Source: Desulfomonilia bacterium
GTDB taxonomy: Bacteria > Desulfobacterota > Desulfomonilia > UBA1062
Assembly: GCA_963664325.2 (NCBI GenBank)
Contig: CAXXDQ010000004.1
Location: forward strand, 288,001-352,000
Reading direction: 5' to 3'
DNA length: 64,000 nt
The notes under the pieces are model-generated. The model did not search any database, was not told where the DNA came from, and worked only from the letters and a program-made list of their open reading frames with translations. Positions within the stretch are counted from its first letter, which is position 1. The number at the start of each line of letters is the position of its first letter. Shown here in pieces: positions 9,201 to 17,381 of the stretch. The position numbers and the translations under genes were made by a program.

Positions 9201-10106
9201 ATGAAGGCGGACATCCTTGACGGCATGTTCACCGGCAGGGTGAGCGGAATGGATGCGGCAATGAGCGGCAAGCTCTCATTCAGCGGTGATACCGCAAAAG
9301 CCATGACCTTCCAGCAGATTCAAAAAGACATGATGAGACTTTACCAGGAAGTCCGCACCGAGATCGGCGACCCGGGTGACCTGACGAAAATTGGAAAGAA
9401 GGATCAGGCCAAACCGGCGGTGGCAGGTCAGGCAACAGCTGCCTTCGGCGCACCCGCCATTATAAAGGTGGGCGATATCAGGGACGATCTGCTTCAGGTA
9501 ACCAACGAGCTCTACGCACTCGGACTCATAACGGCTACAGGAGGCAATCTGAGCGTCCGCATCCCCGACAGGCCGGGAGAGTTGTGGATTACACCCTCGC
9601 ATATTTTCAAGGGCGATCTTCAGCCGGAGATGATGGTCCGGATTGATATCAACGGAAAACCTCTTGATGATGACTGCGGATATCCGGCATCGTCTGAACG
9701 GCACATGCATGCGTCGATCTACAGGCTAAGGCCGGATGTAAAAGCCGTTGTCCATTCGCATCCTCCTCTGGCCACAATCCTTGACCTGTCCGGTACACCG
9801 CTCAGGCCTATCAACACGGAAGTAGCATTTATTGCAGACCTGCCGGTAGTGCCTTTTATAATGCCGGGGTCGAAGGAGCTGGCAGATGCCGTGGCAACTG
9901 CAATAGGCACCGGGCCTGCGGTTATGATGAGAAACCACGGGCTTATAGTAGCCGCTGTCTCTCTCAGACGGGCAGCCGATATGACTGAGGTTATAGAAAC
10001 GACTTCCAAGACGCTCTTGGCATGCCGGTCCCTTGGAGTGACACCGCCAGAGATACCGCATGAGGTCGTAGAAAAGCTCAGAAGCCTATCAGACATGATG
10101 GCATGA
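6273..10106 (+). CDS. Four-domain fusion: FGGY carbohydrate kinase + D-isomer 2-hydroxyacid dehydrogenase + SCP2 lipid-binding domain + class II aldolase
   Basis: FGGY DLGGGSGR, TSMRHG, GGSDTQC, ITGG (about aa 1-505); dehydrogenase GLVGLGAVG, DPY, NTAR, DVFNVEP, TPHIGG (about aa 520-865); SCP2 GRVSGMDAAMSGKLSFSGD (about aa 905-1035); aldolase GGNLS, SSE, HSH, NHG (about aa 1065-1277). One uninterrupted ORF with AGGAGG RBS. Confidence 0.9.
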   Translation: MSYLMGLDLGGGSGRAVLVDSATGESHSSSVAWTHPAMPGSMGFEFDLDTTDIWNKIALACRRVMKKAGAKPEDISGIATTSMRHGIVVIDETGNPLMATPAVDARAAMESITLVVERGRELYEITGRWPCPVFAACRLMWMKSNMPEAFSRAVAYLSVADWIGYKLTGTIAIEASLAAESMAYDINKREWSASLVDSYELPLTVFPKVVNSGEAIGTLSKSAAQHLGLASGIPVSAGGSDTQCGLLGSGVTAPGQLGIIAGTTVPMMMISEKPLIDPENRLWTGLGLSKGQYVLESNSGPMGTMLELFARIISPERDNAAEIMMAEAAQSAPGSNGLVSTLGAQVFNGSDLGVPMGNLSISYMSLLKGSGRPDTARSIIEGMAFALRANIESIGRVAGSPPKEIRITGGMSHSGVFTQIVSDVMNTVIGVANPQATCIGSAIAAGVGAGVFKNLDEGAGKLVKLVREHSPSGSSAKYQGLYQGWKGILAPAKELDSVTGGIVLNAIMGESETCETKTDLKFRPKIFISAEVDEESLEALKALGDVEYASYREARRLLTGDDLVKALTGVNIFITEVDVVDAKSLAKLPDLRMIVVCRADPVNIDIKAATEFGIPVVNTPGRNALAVADLATAYILNLARKIIPADSFIHEPGGEAGDMGRMGKAHDAFQGHELAGLTIGLVGLGAVGKETAKRLKAFGANILAFDPYISAEKAVVAGARKAELDELLACSDMVSLHAPVTEGTRKIINSDALNKMKDGACLINTARAALVDYDALLDALKSGKIAGAALDVFNVEPPAADDPLVNMPNVISTPHIGGNTVEVAAHQGGSAANAVSALLKGGRPQCLLNPEALKEFCWTEKAKIPDADVLDKLIKKPGASVTDLEAGGKKQKQAVSSCAADISGADEAVREHMLKIIKSFTSRIEADAELKIFAADKDVVMLFVMTDLGLPFYLFFREGEVKAEAVEPAEADVVLKMKADILDGMFTGRVSGMDAAMSGKLSFSGDTAKAMTFQQIQKDMMRLYQEVRTEIGDPGDLTKIGKKDQAKPAVAGQATAAFGAPAIIKVGDIRDDLLQVTNELYALGLITATGGNLSVRIPDRPGELWITPSHIFKGDLQPEMMVRIDINGKPLDDDCGYPASSERHMHASIYRLRPDVKAVVHSHPPLATILDLSGTPLRPINTEVAFIADLPVVPFIMPGSKELADAVATAIGTGPAVMMRNHGLIVAAVSLRRAADMTEVIETTSKTLLACRSLGVTPPEIPHEVVEKLRSLSDMMA

Positions 10107-10116
10107 GGCGCAGATT

Positions 10117-11178
10117 ATGAAGAAAGCGGGAAACATCATTATTGTGCTGATTGCGGTTGCGGTAGCTGTTTCGGTTGCTGTCATTCTGGCAAGGCCGGAA
10201 CAGAAAGCTGCCGCAATTGTGGAAAACCAGATAGGATCAAACCTGTTTTCGGGAGCCGTTCTGACTGAAACAGATATGCTTGTCGTTGGAGACCTCGGAA
10301 AAGTTTATCTGAGTGCAGACAGAGGTAAGATCTGGCGTGAAGTGCAGACGCCGACGAAGTTCGCTCTTCTCGATGTGAGCATGAACGACGATAAAAGCGG
10401 CTGGGCTGCAGGACAGGCAGGCGTAATCCTGCACACGGCAGACGGCGGGAAGACATGGTCGGTCCAGAAGTCGGGAGTTGAAGGATCCCTGCTCGGGATA
10501 CACGCCCTTGACGCCTTTCATGCATGTGCAGTGGGCGCGGATTCGACCGTGATCGTCACGAGTGACGGCGGCGCAACATGGATCAAGGCGTCCCGGCCTG
10601 GAGAAGAACCGGCAAAGGAAGGTCAGCCCCCGGCGGCGGGATTCAACGTCTTCGGGGTCAAAATGATTGATGCAAACACAATCTGCGTGGCAGGCTATAT
10701 GGGAAGGATTTTCCTGACAAAAGATGCGGGAAAGATATGGGCTGAAATAAAGTCTCCATTATATGATGCTGAGAATCAGGTAGGCAGGACAATATTCACG
10801 CTGGCCGGTGGAACAGGAGGAATCCTCGCCGCGGCCGGGACTGATATGGCGATTTTATTGTCTAAGGATGGTGCAATGACCTGGACTGAAACCGACGCCG
10901 GAATTCATGATCCTGAAATATTCGGCATAGACCTCGAAGGCCAGGCCGGTCTTGCAGCGGGTTCAGCAGGAACCGTGCTTGTTTCATCAGATGCGGGTAC
11001 GACATGGAAAAAGACGGATATTCCGGAAATGCTGAAGCGGGCCTGGCTTTCGGACGTGGACCTCAAGAGCACCCCTTCTGGCATCAAAGGCCTCATAGTC
11101 GGCCAGTACGGAATAATAGGAATTTATGAAAACGGGAATGTCTCCTGGCAGATCCCGGTAATCCCGGAGGTTCAGTGA
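10117..11178 (+). CDS. YCF48/BNR-repeat beta-propeller periplasmic protein
   Basis: N-terminal TM/signal; repeated (S/T)xDgGxTW Asp-box motifs. Confidence 0.85.
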   Translation: MKKAGNIIIVLIAVAVAVSVAVILARPEQKAAAIVENQIGSNLFSGAVLTETDMLVVGDLGKVYLSADRGKIWREVQTPTKFALLDVSMNDDKSGWAAGQAGVILHTADGGKTWSVQKSGVEGSLLGIHALDAFHACAVGADSTVIVTSDGGATWIKASRPGEEPAKEGQPPAAGFNVFGVKMIDANTICVAGYMGRIFLTKDAGKIWAEIKSPLYDAENQVGRTIFTLAGGTGGILAAAGTDMAILLSKDGAMTWTETDAGIHDPEIFGIDLEGQAGLAAGSAGTVLVSSDAGTTWKKTDIPEMLKRAWLSDVDLKSTPSGIKGLIVGQYGIIGIYENGNVSWQIPVIPEVQ

Positions 11179-13484
11179 TGAAAGATAACAAGACTCCGGT
11201 TAAGGTAATGCTAGGCGCTTTAGTATACCAGTTCAGGGTTTTGGTCCTAGCGGCAGTTTTAATCATATGCGCCCTTTGCATGGTATTTCTCAAGGACGTA
11301 AAACTTGACGAAGACCCGATGGCAAGTATGTATCCTGACGGAAACCCTTTCCTTAAAGGACTCAAGCCTATTGAAAAAATGGCTCCCAGAACCAATATGC
11401 TTGTCTGCCTGCTCAAAGCGAAAAACGGCGATATCTACAATACCGCGGCGATCAATAAGATAGATGAAGTGACAAAGGCCCTGATGGACTGTGAGGTGAT
11501 AAATCCGACCTCGGTAACTTCGCTTACGAAGGGGATGGATAATTATATATTCACGGCAAACGGCCTTAACATCGCATCGGTCATGGGAAGTTCCTGGCCG
11601 GAAACTCCCGCACAGTTTGAAGAGCTCAAGGAGAGAGTCGCCACAAACCCGATGGGGCCCGGCAAATACGTATCCTATGACGGCAAGGCGGTTATGATAA
11701 CGGCGAACCTTGTGAGCGTTGAGCAGATGGCTCAGTCTACCTGGCAGCTCCTCGACGACAAACAGAAGGCCGGAAGGACCTTTGAAAAATACAAGGCTGA
11801 TGCAGAGGGTGAATTCGATCCGAAGCTGATGAAAAAACTCGATGAATTGAAGAAGAAAGTTAATGATAAGAATTATGAGCTCCTGTTCATGGGTGAAGAG
11901 GTCATCAAGGCCGACATGACAAAGATGGGCATGACGCAAATGCCCGTTGCCGGCGGATTGATGTTTGCCCTGATGATAGTGCTGGCAGCAGTCTATTTCA
12001 GGAGCTGGCAGGCGGTGCTGATCTCGATAATCGCCATGATATTCCCTGCGGGCGCAGGACTCGGCCTCTTCAGCCTTTTCGGCGGAAGTCTAAATCCGAT
12101 GGCGGTTCTGTTCCCGCTCACGATTGCAATAACGAGTGTGGCGGCTTCGGTACTGGTGATGGATGGCTACTACAGGGCCGTGTCAGAAGGAAGCGACAGG
12201 ATATCGGCTGTCATGGCATCATGGGGTAAGGTTCCTGCAGGACTGGCAATCGCCGCGATATCCTTTCTTGCGCTCCTGGCCACAAAAGTTCTGATGTTAA
12301 GGGTACTTGGTATTCTTGGCGCAATAAGCTTTGTGATGGTGATTGCCGTAACATGCCTCGCGGTGCCTGCAATTGCCTCGATCCTGCCTCAGCCAAAAAA
12401 CAAGCCCCGCGCCTGGGAAGGTATTTCTTCAGCGCTTTCCCCTGCAGGAAGAATCAGGTACCTCGCAATTGCCGTTCTGGCCTTATTGTTAGCCCTCGGC
12501 GTCTTCTCGGTCTATACGATCAAGCCTGGAGACAATACCCCGGGGTCATCATACCTCTGGTATTCGAATCAGTGGAACAAGGCTTTCAATCTCTTTACGC
12601 AAAAATTCATGGGCCCGAATCAGCTCCTCGTCTATGTAAAGGCAAAAGAAGAAGGCGGGTTGTGTAAACCGGAAGCCCTACAGGATATAAGCGCTTTCAG
12701 CAATTTCCTGAAATACCGCTCTGGGGCCAAAGACTCAATCGCCTTTGATTACATGATCCAGATGGCCCGTTACACCATGAGCGACGGCAGTCCGAAGTGG
12801 CAGACTCTGCCGGAGACGGACCGAGAGGGGAAGGGCCTTGGCGGTACGGTGACCGAAAACAGCGATGTAAAGGAATTCATAGACCCTACATACACACAGG
12901 CGACCATATCACCGTTTTTTCCTTACAGGGACAGTGAAAGCATAAACGAATATGCAAGACTGATGCAGAATTATATTGATGCGCATCCGTCGGAATCGGT
13001 TTCATTCAGGCTTGGAGGCAGTCTGCTCGGTATGGTGAAACTGATAAATGACGGGATTGAAGGCAGCTACAAAATAATCCTTGCGGCAATGGCGACAATA
13101 ATTCTGATCCTTTCCATACTCCTGCTCCGATCATTCAAAACAGGCGTTTCTTATTCTGTCATTGTAATGGTTTCAACGATGGCCGTTTCCATGAAGCTGG
13201 CATTCTGGGGGATGCCTTTGTCCCTGCCCTTTGTTGCAGTGGCGGCTGCAGGAACGGGCGCCGCTGCCACCATGGCTGCAACTGCTCTGGAAAATACTAG
13301 AGCCGGCGCAGTCCTGTTTTCATCCGTGCTGGTTTTACTGATGTGCCTGCCGTGGTTCTTCATAGGCATGAGGTTCCAGGCGCTCATGATAATGGGATTT
13401 GCTGTTTCTGCAATATCGGGCGGTATTCTCGCCCTGATTTTTTTACCGGTTTTGTTAATCCGTAAAAACGAGGAGGTAAGCTGA
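11175..13484 (+). CDS. MMPL/RND-superfamily membrane transporter
   Basis: Two repeats of TM + large periplasmic loop + multiple TMs; overlaps the upstream stop (GTGATG). Confidence 0.8.
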   Translation: MMKDNKTPVKVMLGALVYQFRVLVLAAVLIICALCMVFLKDVKLDEDPMASMYPDGNPFLKGLKPIEKMAPRTNMLVCLLKAKNGDIYNTAAINKIDEVTKALMDCEVINPTSVTSLTKGMDNYIFTANGLNIASVMGSSWPETPAQFEELKERVATNPMGPGKYVSYDGKAVMITANLVSVEQMAQSTWQLLDDKQKAGRTFEKYKADAEGEFDPKLMKKLDELKKKVNDKNYELLFMGEEVIKADMTKMGMTQMPVAGGLMFALMIVLAAVYFRSWQAVLISIIAMIFPAGAGLGLFSLFGGSLNPMAVLFPLTIAITSVAASVLVMDGYYRAVSEGSDRISAVMASWGKVPAGLAIAAISFLALLATKVLMLRVLGILGAISFVMVIAVTCLAVPAIASILPQPKNKPRAWEGISSALSPAGRIRYLAIAVLALLLALGVFSVYTIKPGDNTPGSSYLWYSNQWNKAFNLFTQKFMGPNQLLVYVKAKEEGGLCKPEALQDISAFSNFLKYRSGAKDSIAFDYMIQMARYTMSDGSPKWQTLPETDREGKGLGGTVTENSDVKEFIDPTYTQATISPFFPYRDSESINEYARLMQNYIDAHPSESVSFRLGGSLLGMVKLINDGIEGSYKIILAAMATIILILSILLLRSFKTGVSYSVIVMVSTMAVSMKLAFWGMPLSLPFVAVAAAGTGAAATMAATALENTRAGAVLFSSVLVLLMCLPWFFIGMRFQALMIMGFAVSAISGGILALIFLPVLLIRKNEEVS

Positions 13485-13486
13485 CA

Positions 13487-15313
13487 ATGAAGATCTTTAG
13501 AACCGTGATTATGATGTTTATTCTCATGTTATTCATTCAGGGGCAGGCCTATGCCATCTGGACTGATGAATCAGGTAATTACAAGCTTATAGGAAAGGTC
13601 AAGTCACAGGCGACATGGCGCACAGAGGATACGCCGGTCAACAACCCCATCCCCATAGAAAAAGGTGACCTAATAAGCCAGAGGAATCTTCTTCTTGCTG
13701 AATTCAGCGGCGATTTCGGCGATCTCGGCAAAGGCTTCAAGTCAAAGTGCTTTTTGCAGGGCAGGGCCTTTTATGACGGTGCATATGATTACGGGGCCAA
13801 AATACTGACTACTGACGGCGATTATTATGACATTAACAACCCCGACAGGCTTTACAATCAAAAATGGAAAGAGCAGACAGGGGATTATCAGAACCAAAGG
13901 CGGTATTACACCTATGACAACCGCGACCAGATCAACAGCCTGAAATGGGATGTGGACCTGTACATGGCATATATCGATTTTATGAAAGGCGGGGCATTTT
14001 GCCGGCTGGGCAAACAGGTCATGGCATGGGGGGAAATGAGTACGCTTAGAATCCTTGAAGGACAAAACCCTCTCGACACATCATCGCTTGCCGTTGACCT
14101 TCTGGAAAGGCGCATTCCGCTCTGGATGGCCCGCGCCAACTATGCATTTGCCTATGTAGGACCATTCGATTCACTGTCATTCGAAGCTTATTACGTACCC
14201 GGAAAGATAGACAATACCTATGAGGAGCCGATGATAGACGGTTCCCCTATTCTGCCCAGTATCGGCAGAGATACTGTAGATGATTATAAGGATCCTTTTT
14301 CAATGGCATCGCTCAAACTCAACATGAATCAGGTCAACAGTGACATTGACTCAGACAGGTATGGCCTTAAAGCCGGTTTTGTATTCAAGGGGCTCAATCT
14401 CAACCTTGTATATTACAGGATGTATTCTGACATACCGGTTGCAGTTATTAATTCAGATGCGCTTGAACCTGTTGTCATAACGGATATAACACAGGTAAAT
14501 CCCAAGAACCCTATGGGTTCGATACTTGGCGGTCAGCTTCTTGAAGTGGACCTTACTCGCGACAATGTCAATGTTTACGGCGGTAGTTTCAATTACCAGA
14601 TGGAAGCAATAAACACAGTATTCAGAGGCGAGTTCGCTTATTTTTCACAGGTGCCGTATATGACCCCGGGCAAGCTTTCGGATATGGTGGACCAGTTCAA
14701 CCCCAAAATAACAATATACTTCGACGGACAACCGCATGATGTTGTCTGGTTTTTAAATACATTTTACAAGAGGGACCTTGAAAACATCGATAAAATGATC
14801 TTGCCCTTTTCCACAGGCGAGGTGGAAAAATATGATGTGCTGAAGTACGGTATCGGAATCGACAAGTTCTACAATTTTTCATGGCTGGCGCCGAAAAAAC
14901 ATATCCCCGTTATTTCTGATATCATTCCCAGCGATGATGTCATGTTCAAGTTCGAATACGTAGGCAACAAGATACTCGGATGGAAGGAAGACCACCTCCT
15001 GGAACCATGGTATGAGCCATGGGATGATAATCAGGATGGCCAGTTTGATACGGTTTATTATCCCGAATATTCAAACACGTTTATATTGATTACGAGGCTT
15101 TCATATCTGACCGCGAACCTTACACCGCAGCTTGTAGTGATGTACGAGCTTGAACCAAAATCTCTGGTTTTCATACCGTCCATTGCATACACTTACAGGA
15201 ACTGGGAATTTGAAATCGATTATTTTGAATCGGGGGCAAACAACTATTCAGGTACTCTCGGCATGATGGACAAGAGGGATGAATTAAGCATTATGGTCAC
15301 CTACAATTTCTAG
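13487..15313 (+). CDS. DUF1302-family outer-membrane beta-barrel protein
   Basis: Signal peptide AYA; RLGKQVMAWGE, RIPLW motifs; C-terminal DKRDELSIMVTYNF beta-signal ending in Phe. Confidence 0.8.
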   Translation: MKIFRTVIMMFILMLFIQGQAYAIWTDESGNYKLIGKVKSQATWRTEDTPVNNPIPIEKGDLISQRNLLLAEFSGDFGDLGKGFKSKCFLQGRAFYDGAYDYGAKILTTDGDYYDINNPDRLYNQKWKEQTGDYQNQRRYYTYDNRDQINSLKWDVDLYMAYIDFMKGGAFCRLGKQVMAWGEMSTLRILEGQNPLDTSSLAVDLLERRIPLWMARANYAFAYVGPFDSLSFEAYYVPGKIDNTYEEPMIDGSPILPSIGRDTVDDYKDPFSMASLKLNMNQVNSDIDSDRYGLKAGFVFKGLNLNLVYYRMYSDIPVAVINSDALEPVVITDITQVNPKNPMGSILGGQLLEVDLTRDNVNVYGGSFNYQMEAINTVFRGEFAYFSQVPYMTPGKLSDMVDQFNPKITIYFDGQPHDVVWFLNTFYKRDLENIDKMILPFSTGEVEKYDVLKYGIGIDKFYNFSWLAPKKHIPVISDIIPSDDVMFKFEYVGNKILGWKEDHLLEPWYEPWDDNQDGQFDTVYYPEYSNTFILITRLSYLTANLTPQLVVMYELEPKSLVFIPSIAYTYRNWEFEIDYFESGANNYSGTLGMMDKRDELSIMVTYNF

Positions 15314-15322
15314 CACATTTTA

Positions 15323-15347
15323 ACCCTCTCCCACAAAGGGAGAGGGT
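15323..15347. repeat. GC-rich hairpin of the BoxC/REP-like CCCTCTCCC-loop-GGGAGAGGG type
   Basis: Perfect 10-bp stem ACCCTCTCCC-ACAAA-GGGAGAGGGT between DUF1302 and AOR; single copy seen in the window. Confidence 0.6.
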
Positions 15348-15365
15348 GGTGTTGAAGGATATGAT

Positions 15366-17348
15366 ATGCCGAACGGCTACATGGGTAAAATTCTCTGGGT
15401 TGATCTATCGAACGGCACATTTGAAGAAGAAACTCCCCCGGAAGAGATCTACCGAAAATACCTGGGCGGATACGGACTTGGAGCATATTTCATTTATTCC
15501 CGCATTAAACCGGGTTGTGATCCGCTGGGTCCGGATAATATTCTCGGCTTTTGCCCGGGCCTTTTTACAGGCACGCCCGCACCTTTCACAGGCCGTTACA
15601 TGGTCTGCGGCAAAAGCCCGCTGACCGGCGGCTGGGGCGACGCGAATTCGGGCGGACATTTCGGTCCAGTTATCAAACAGGCCGGTTATGACGCTATACT
15701 TTTCACGGGAATTTCTGATAAACCGGTTTACCTGCTTATCGATAATGAGAGGAAAGAGCTTTGTGACGCCTCCGAATTATGGGGAACAGATATTGTCAGA
15801 ACCGAGGAAAAACTCATTGAAAGGCACGGTAAAAGTTTTAAGGTGGCGGCGATCGGCAAAGGCGGAGAGAATAAAGTTCTCTTTTCTGGCATTGTCTGTG
15901 ACCGCGGCAGGATTGCAGCAAGAAGCGGGCTGGGTGCTGTCATGGGCAGCAAGAATCTCAAGGCGCTGTGCATCAGGGGCTCGCTCAAAAGAAATTATGC
16001 GGACAGGACAAAAGCAATCGAGCTTGCAAAGGATTATAACCAGAAACTGAAACTCACCATGACCAATCCGATGATAGGAATGCTTACATCAATGTCGGAT
16101 AATTTCACATTTTTCATGCGCCTTTTTAATATCGGATTTGATATAGCAGGCAAGTTGCAGGGTATTGCTCCGCTCTTATTCAGGTATTTTTTTCACAGGT
16201 GGGGCACACCTTATGCGACTGTCATCAGCCATGAAACTGGCGACACTCCGATAAAAAACTATATCGGGGATGTCAGTGATTTTCCGAAAAGGCTATCAAA
16301 GAAGCTGAACAAGCATGCAAGCTCTCCATACAAAACAAAGGCCTTCGGCTGCTTCGGTTGTCCTGTTCAGTGCGGTGCGATTTTAACCGCTCCTCCGCTC
16401 GATTATGCGGACAAGGAGACTCACAGGCCGGAATATGAAACGATGGCTGCTTTCGGGGGGCTGATCCTCAACAATGATTTCAATACTGTTTTAAATATCA
16501 ACGAATACCTGAACCGTGAGGGAGTGGATACCATATCAGCTGGAGGCGTGGTCGCCTATGCGCTTGAATGCGTGGAAAAAGGGCTGCTGAAAAAGAATGA
16601 CTTCGAATGCAGGGAATTCCCTGACGGGTTCCTTCCCGGATGGGGAAAAGCCGAGACAATCATGCCGCTTCTGAAACTCATCGTAAACAGGGAAGGTATC
16701 GGCGATGTGCTTGCCCTTGGGGCAGGAGCGGCATCAGAAAGGATCCCCGGGTCGAAGGAATTTGCCGTAACATCGGGCGGCCAGGAACTGCCTATGCATG
16801 ATGCACGCAAAATGCCAGGGCTGATGCTGACCTATGCGGCAGACCCGACTCCGGGCCGCCATACCGCAGGAGGCGTGGATTTCCTGCTTATGGGTTCTGC
16901 CAACCGGTTTGCAAAAGGCATTTCCTTCAAGTCAGGCAAAGACCCTGATAAAAAAGGTGCGGGCCAGGCTCATGCGGTTAAATTCAAGCAGGCGTTTAAT
17001 GCTATGGGTTTCTGCGAGTTCAGTGCCTGGTGCGGGTGGTATCCCCTATGGGAGATGTTCAGGGCGATCACCGGCTGGGACATGACTCCCGAAGAACTGC
17101 TGAAAACCGGGTGGCGGATTCAGACATTAAGGCAGCAGTTCAATGCGCGCGAAGGTGCTATAAAGATTGATGTCAACAGACGCGCACTCGGCATCCCGCC
17201 TCGAAAAAACGGTGTGCACAAAAACGTTACAATCGACATTGAGCCTTTTGTTCAGTCTTATTACAAGCACATAGGATTTGACGAAAAAGGATTCCCGAAG
17301 AAGGAAACCCTTGAACTGCTGTGTCTTGCAGATTGCCTTTTAAGGTGA
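15366..17348 (+). CDS. aor: Aldehyde:ferredoxin oxidoreductase family protein (W/Mo-pterin, 4Fe-4S)
   Basis: GYMGKILWVDLS, YLGGYGLG, KSPLTGG..DANSGG, GLGAVMGSKNLKA, CFGCPVQC, PEYET, DTISAG. Confidence 0.93.
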   Translation: MPNGYMGKILWVDLSNGTFEEETPPEEIYRKYLGGYGLGAYFIYSRIKPGCDPLGPDNILGFCPGLFTGTPAPFTGRYMVCGKSPLTGGWGDANSGGHFGPVIKQAGYDAILFTGISDKPVYLLIDNERKELCDASELWGTDIVRTEEKLIERHGKSFKVAAIGKGGENKVLFSGIVCDRGRIAARSGLGAVMGSKNLKALCIRGSLKRNYADRTKAIELAKDYNQKLKLTMTNPMIGMLTSMSDNFTFFMRLFNIGFDIAGKLQGIAPLLFRYFFHRWGTPYATVISHETGDTPIKNYIGDVSDFPKRLSKKLNKHASSPYKTKAFGCFGCPVQCGAILTAPPLDYADKETHRPEYETMAAFGGLILNNDFNTVLNINEYLNREGVDTISAGGVVAYALECVEKGLLKKNDFECREFPDGFLPGWGKAETIMPLLKLIVNREGIGDVLALGAGAASERIPGSKEFAVTSGGQELPMHDARKMPGLMLTYAADPTPGRHTAGGVDFLLMGSANRFAKGISFKSGKDPDKKGAGQAHAVKFKQAFNAMGFCEFSAWCGWYPLWEMFRAITGWDMTPEELLKTGWRIQTLRQQFNAREGAIKIDVNRRALGIPPRKNGVHKNVTIDIEPFVQSYYKHIGFDEKGFPKKETLELLCLADCLLR

Positions 17349-17381
17349 CCTGCTCTCTACCGGTCACCCGGCCTGAAACAT

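Noticed and set aside
17344-17368. GGTGACC/GGTCACC hairpin as bidirectional terminator
   Set aside because: Only a 7-bp stem with an 11-nt loop and no U-tract on either strand.
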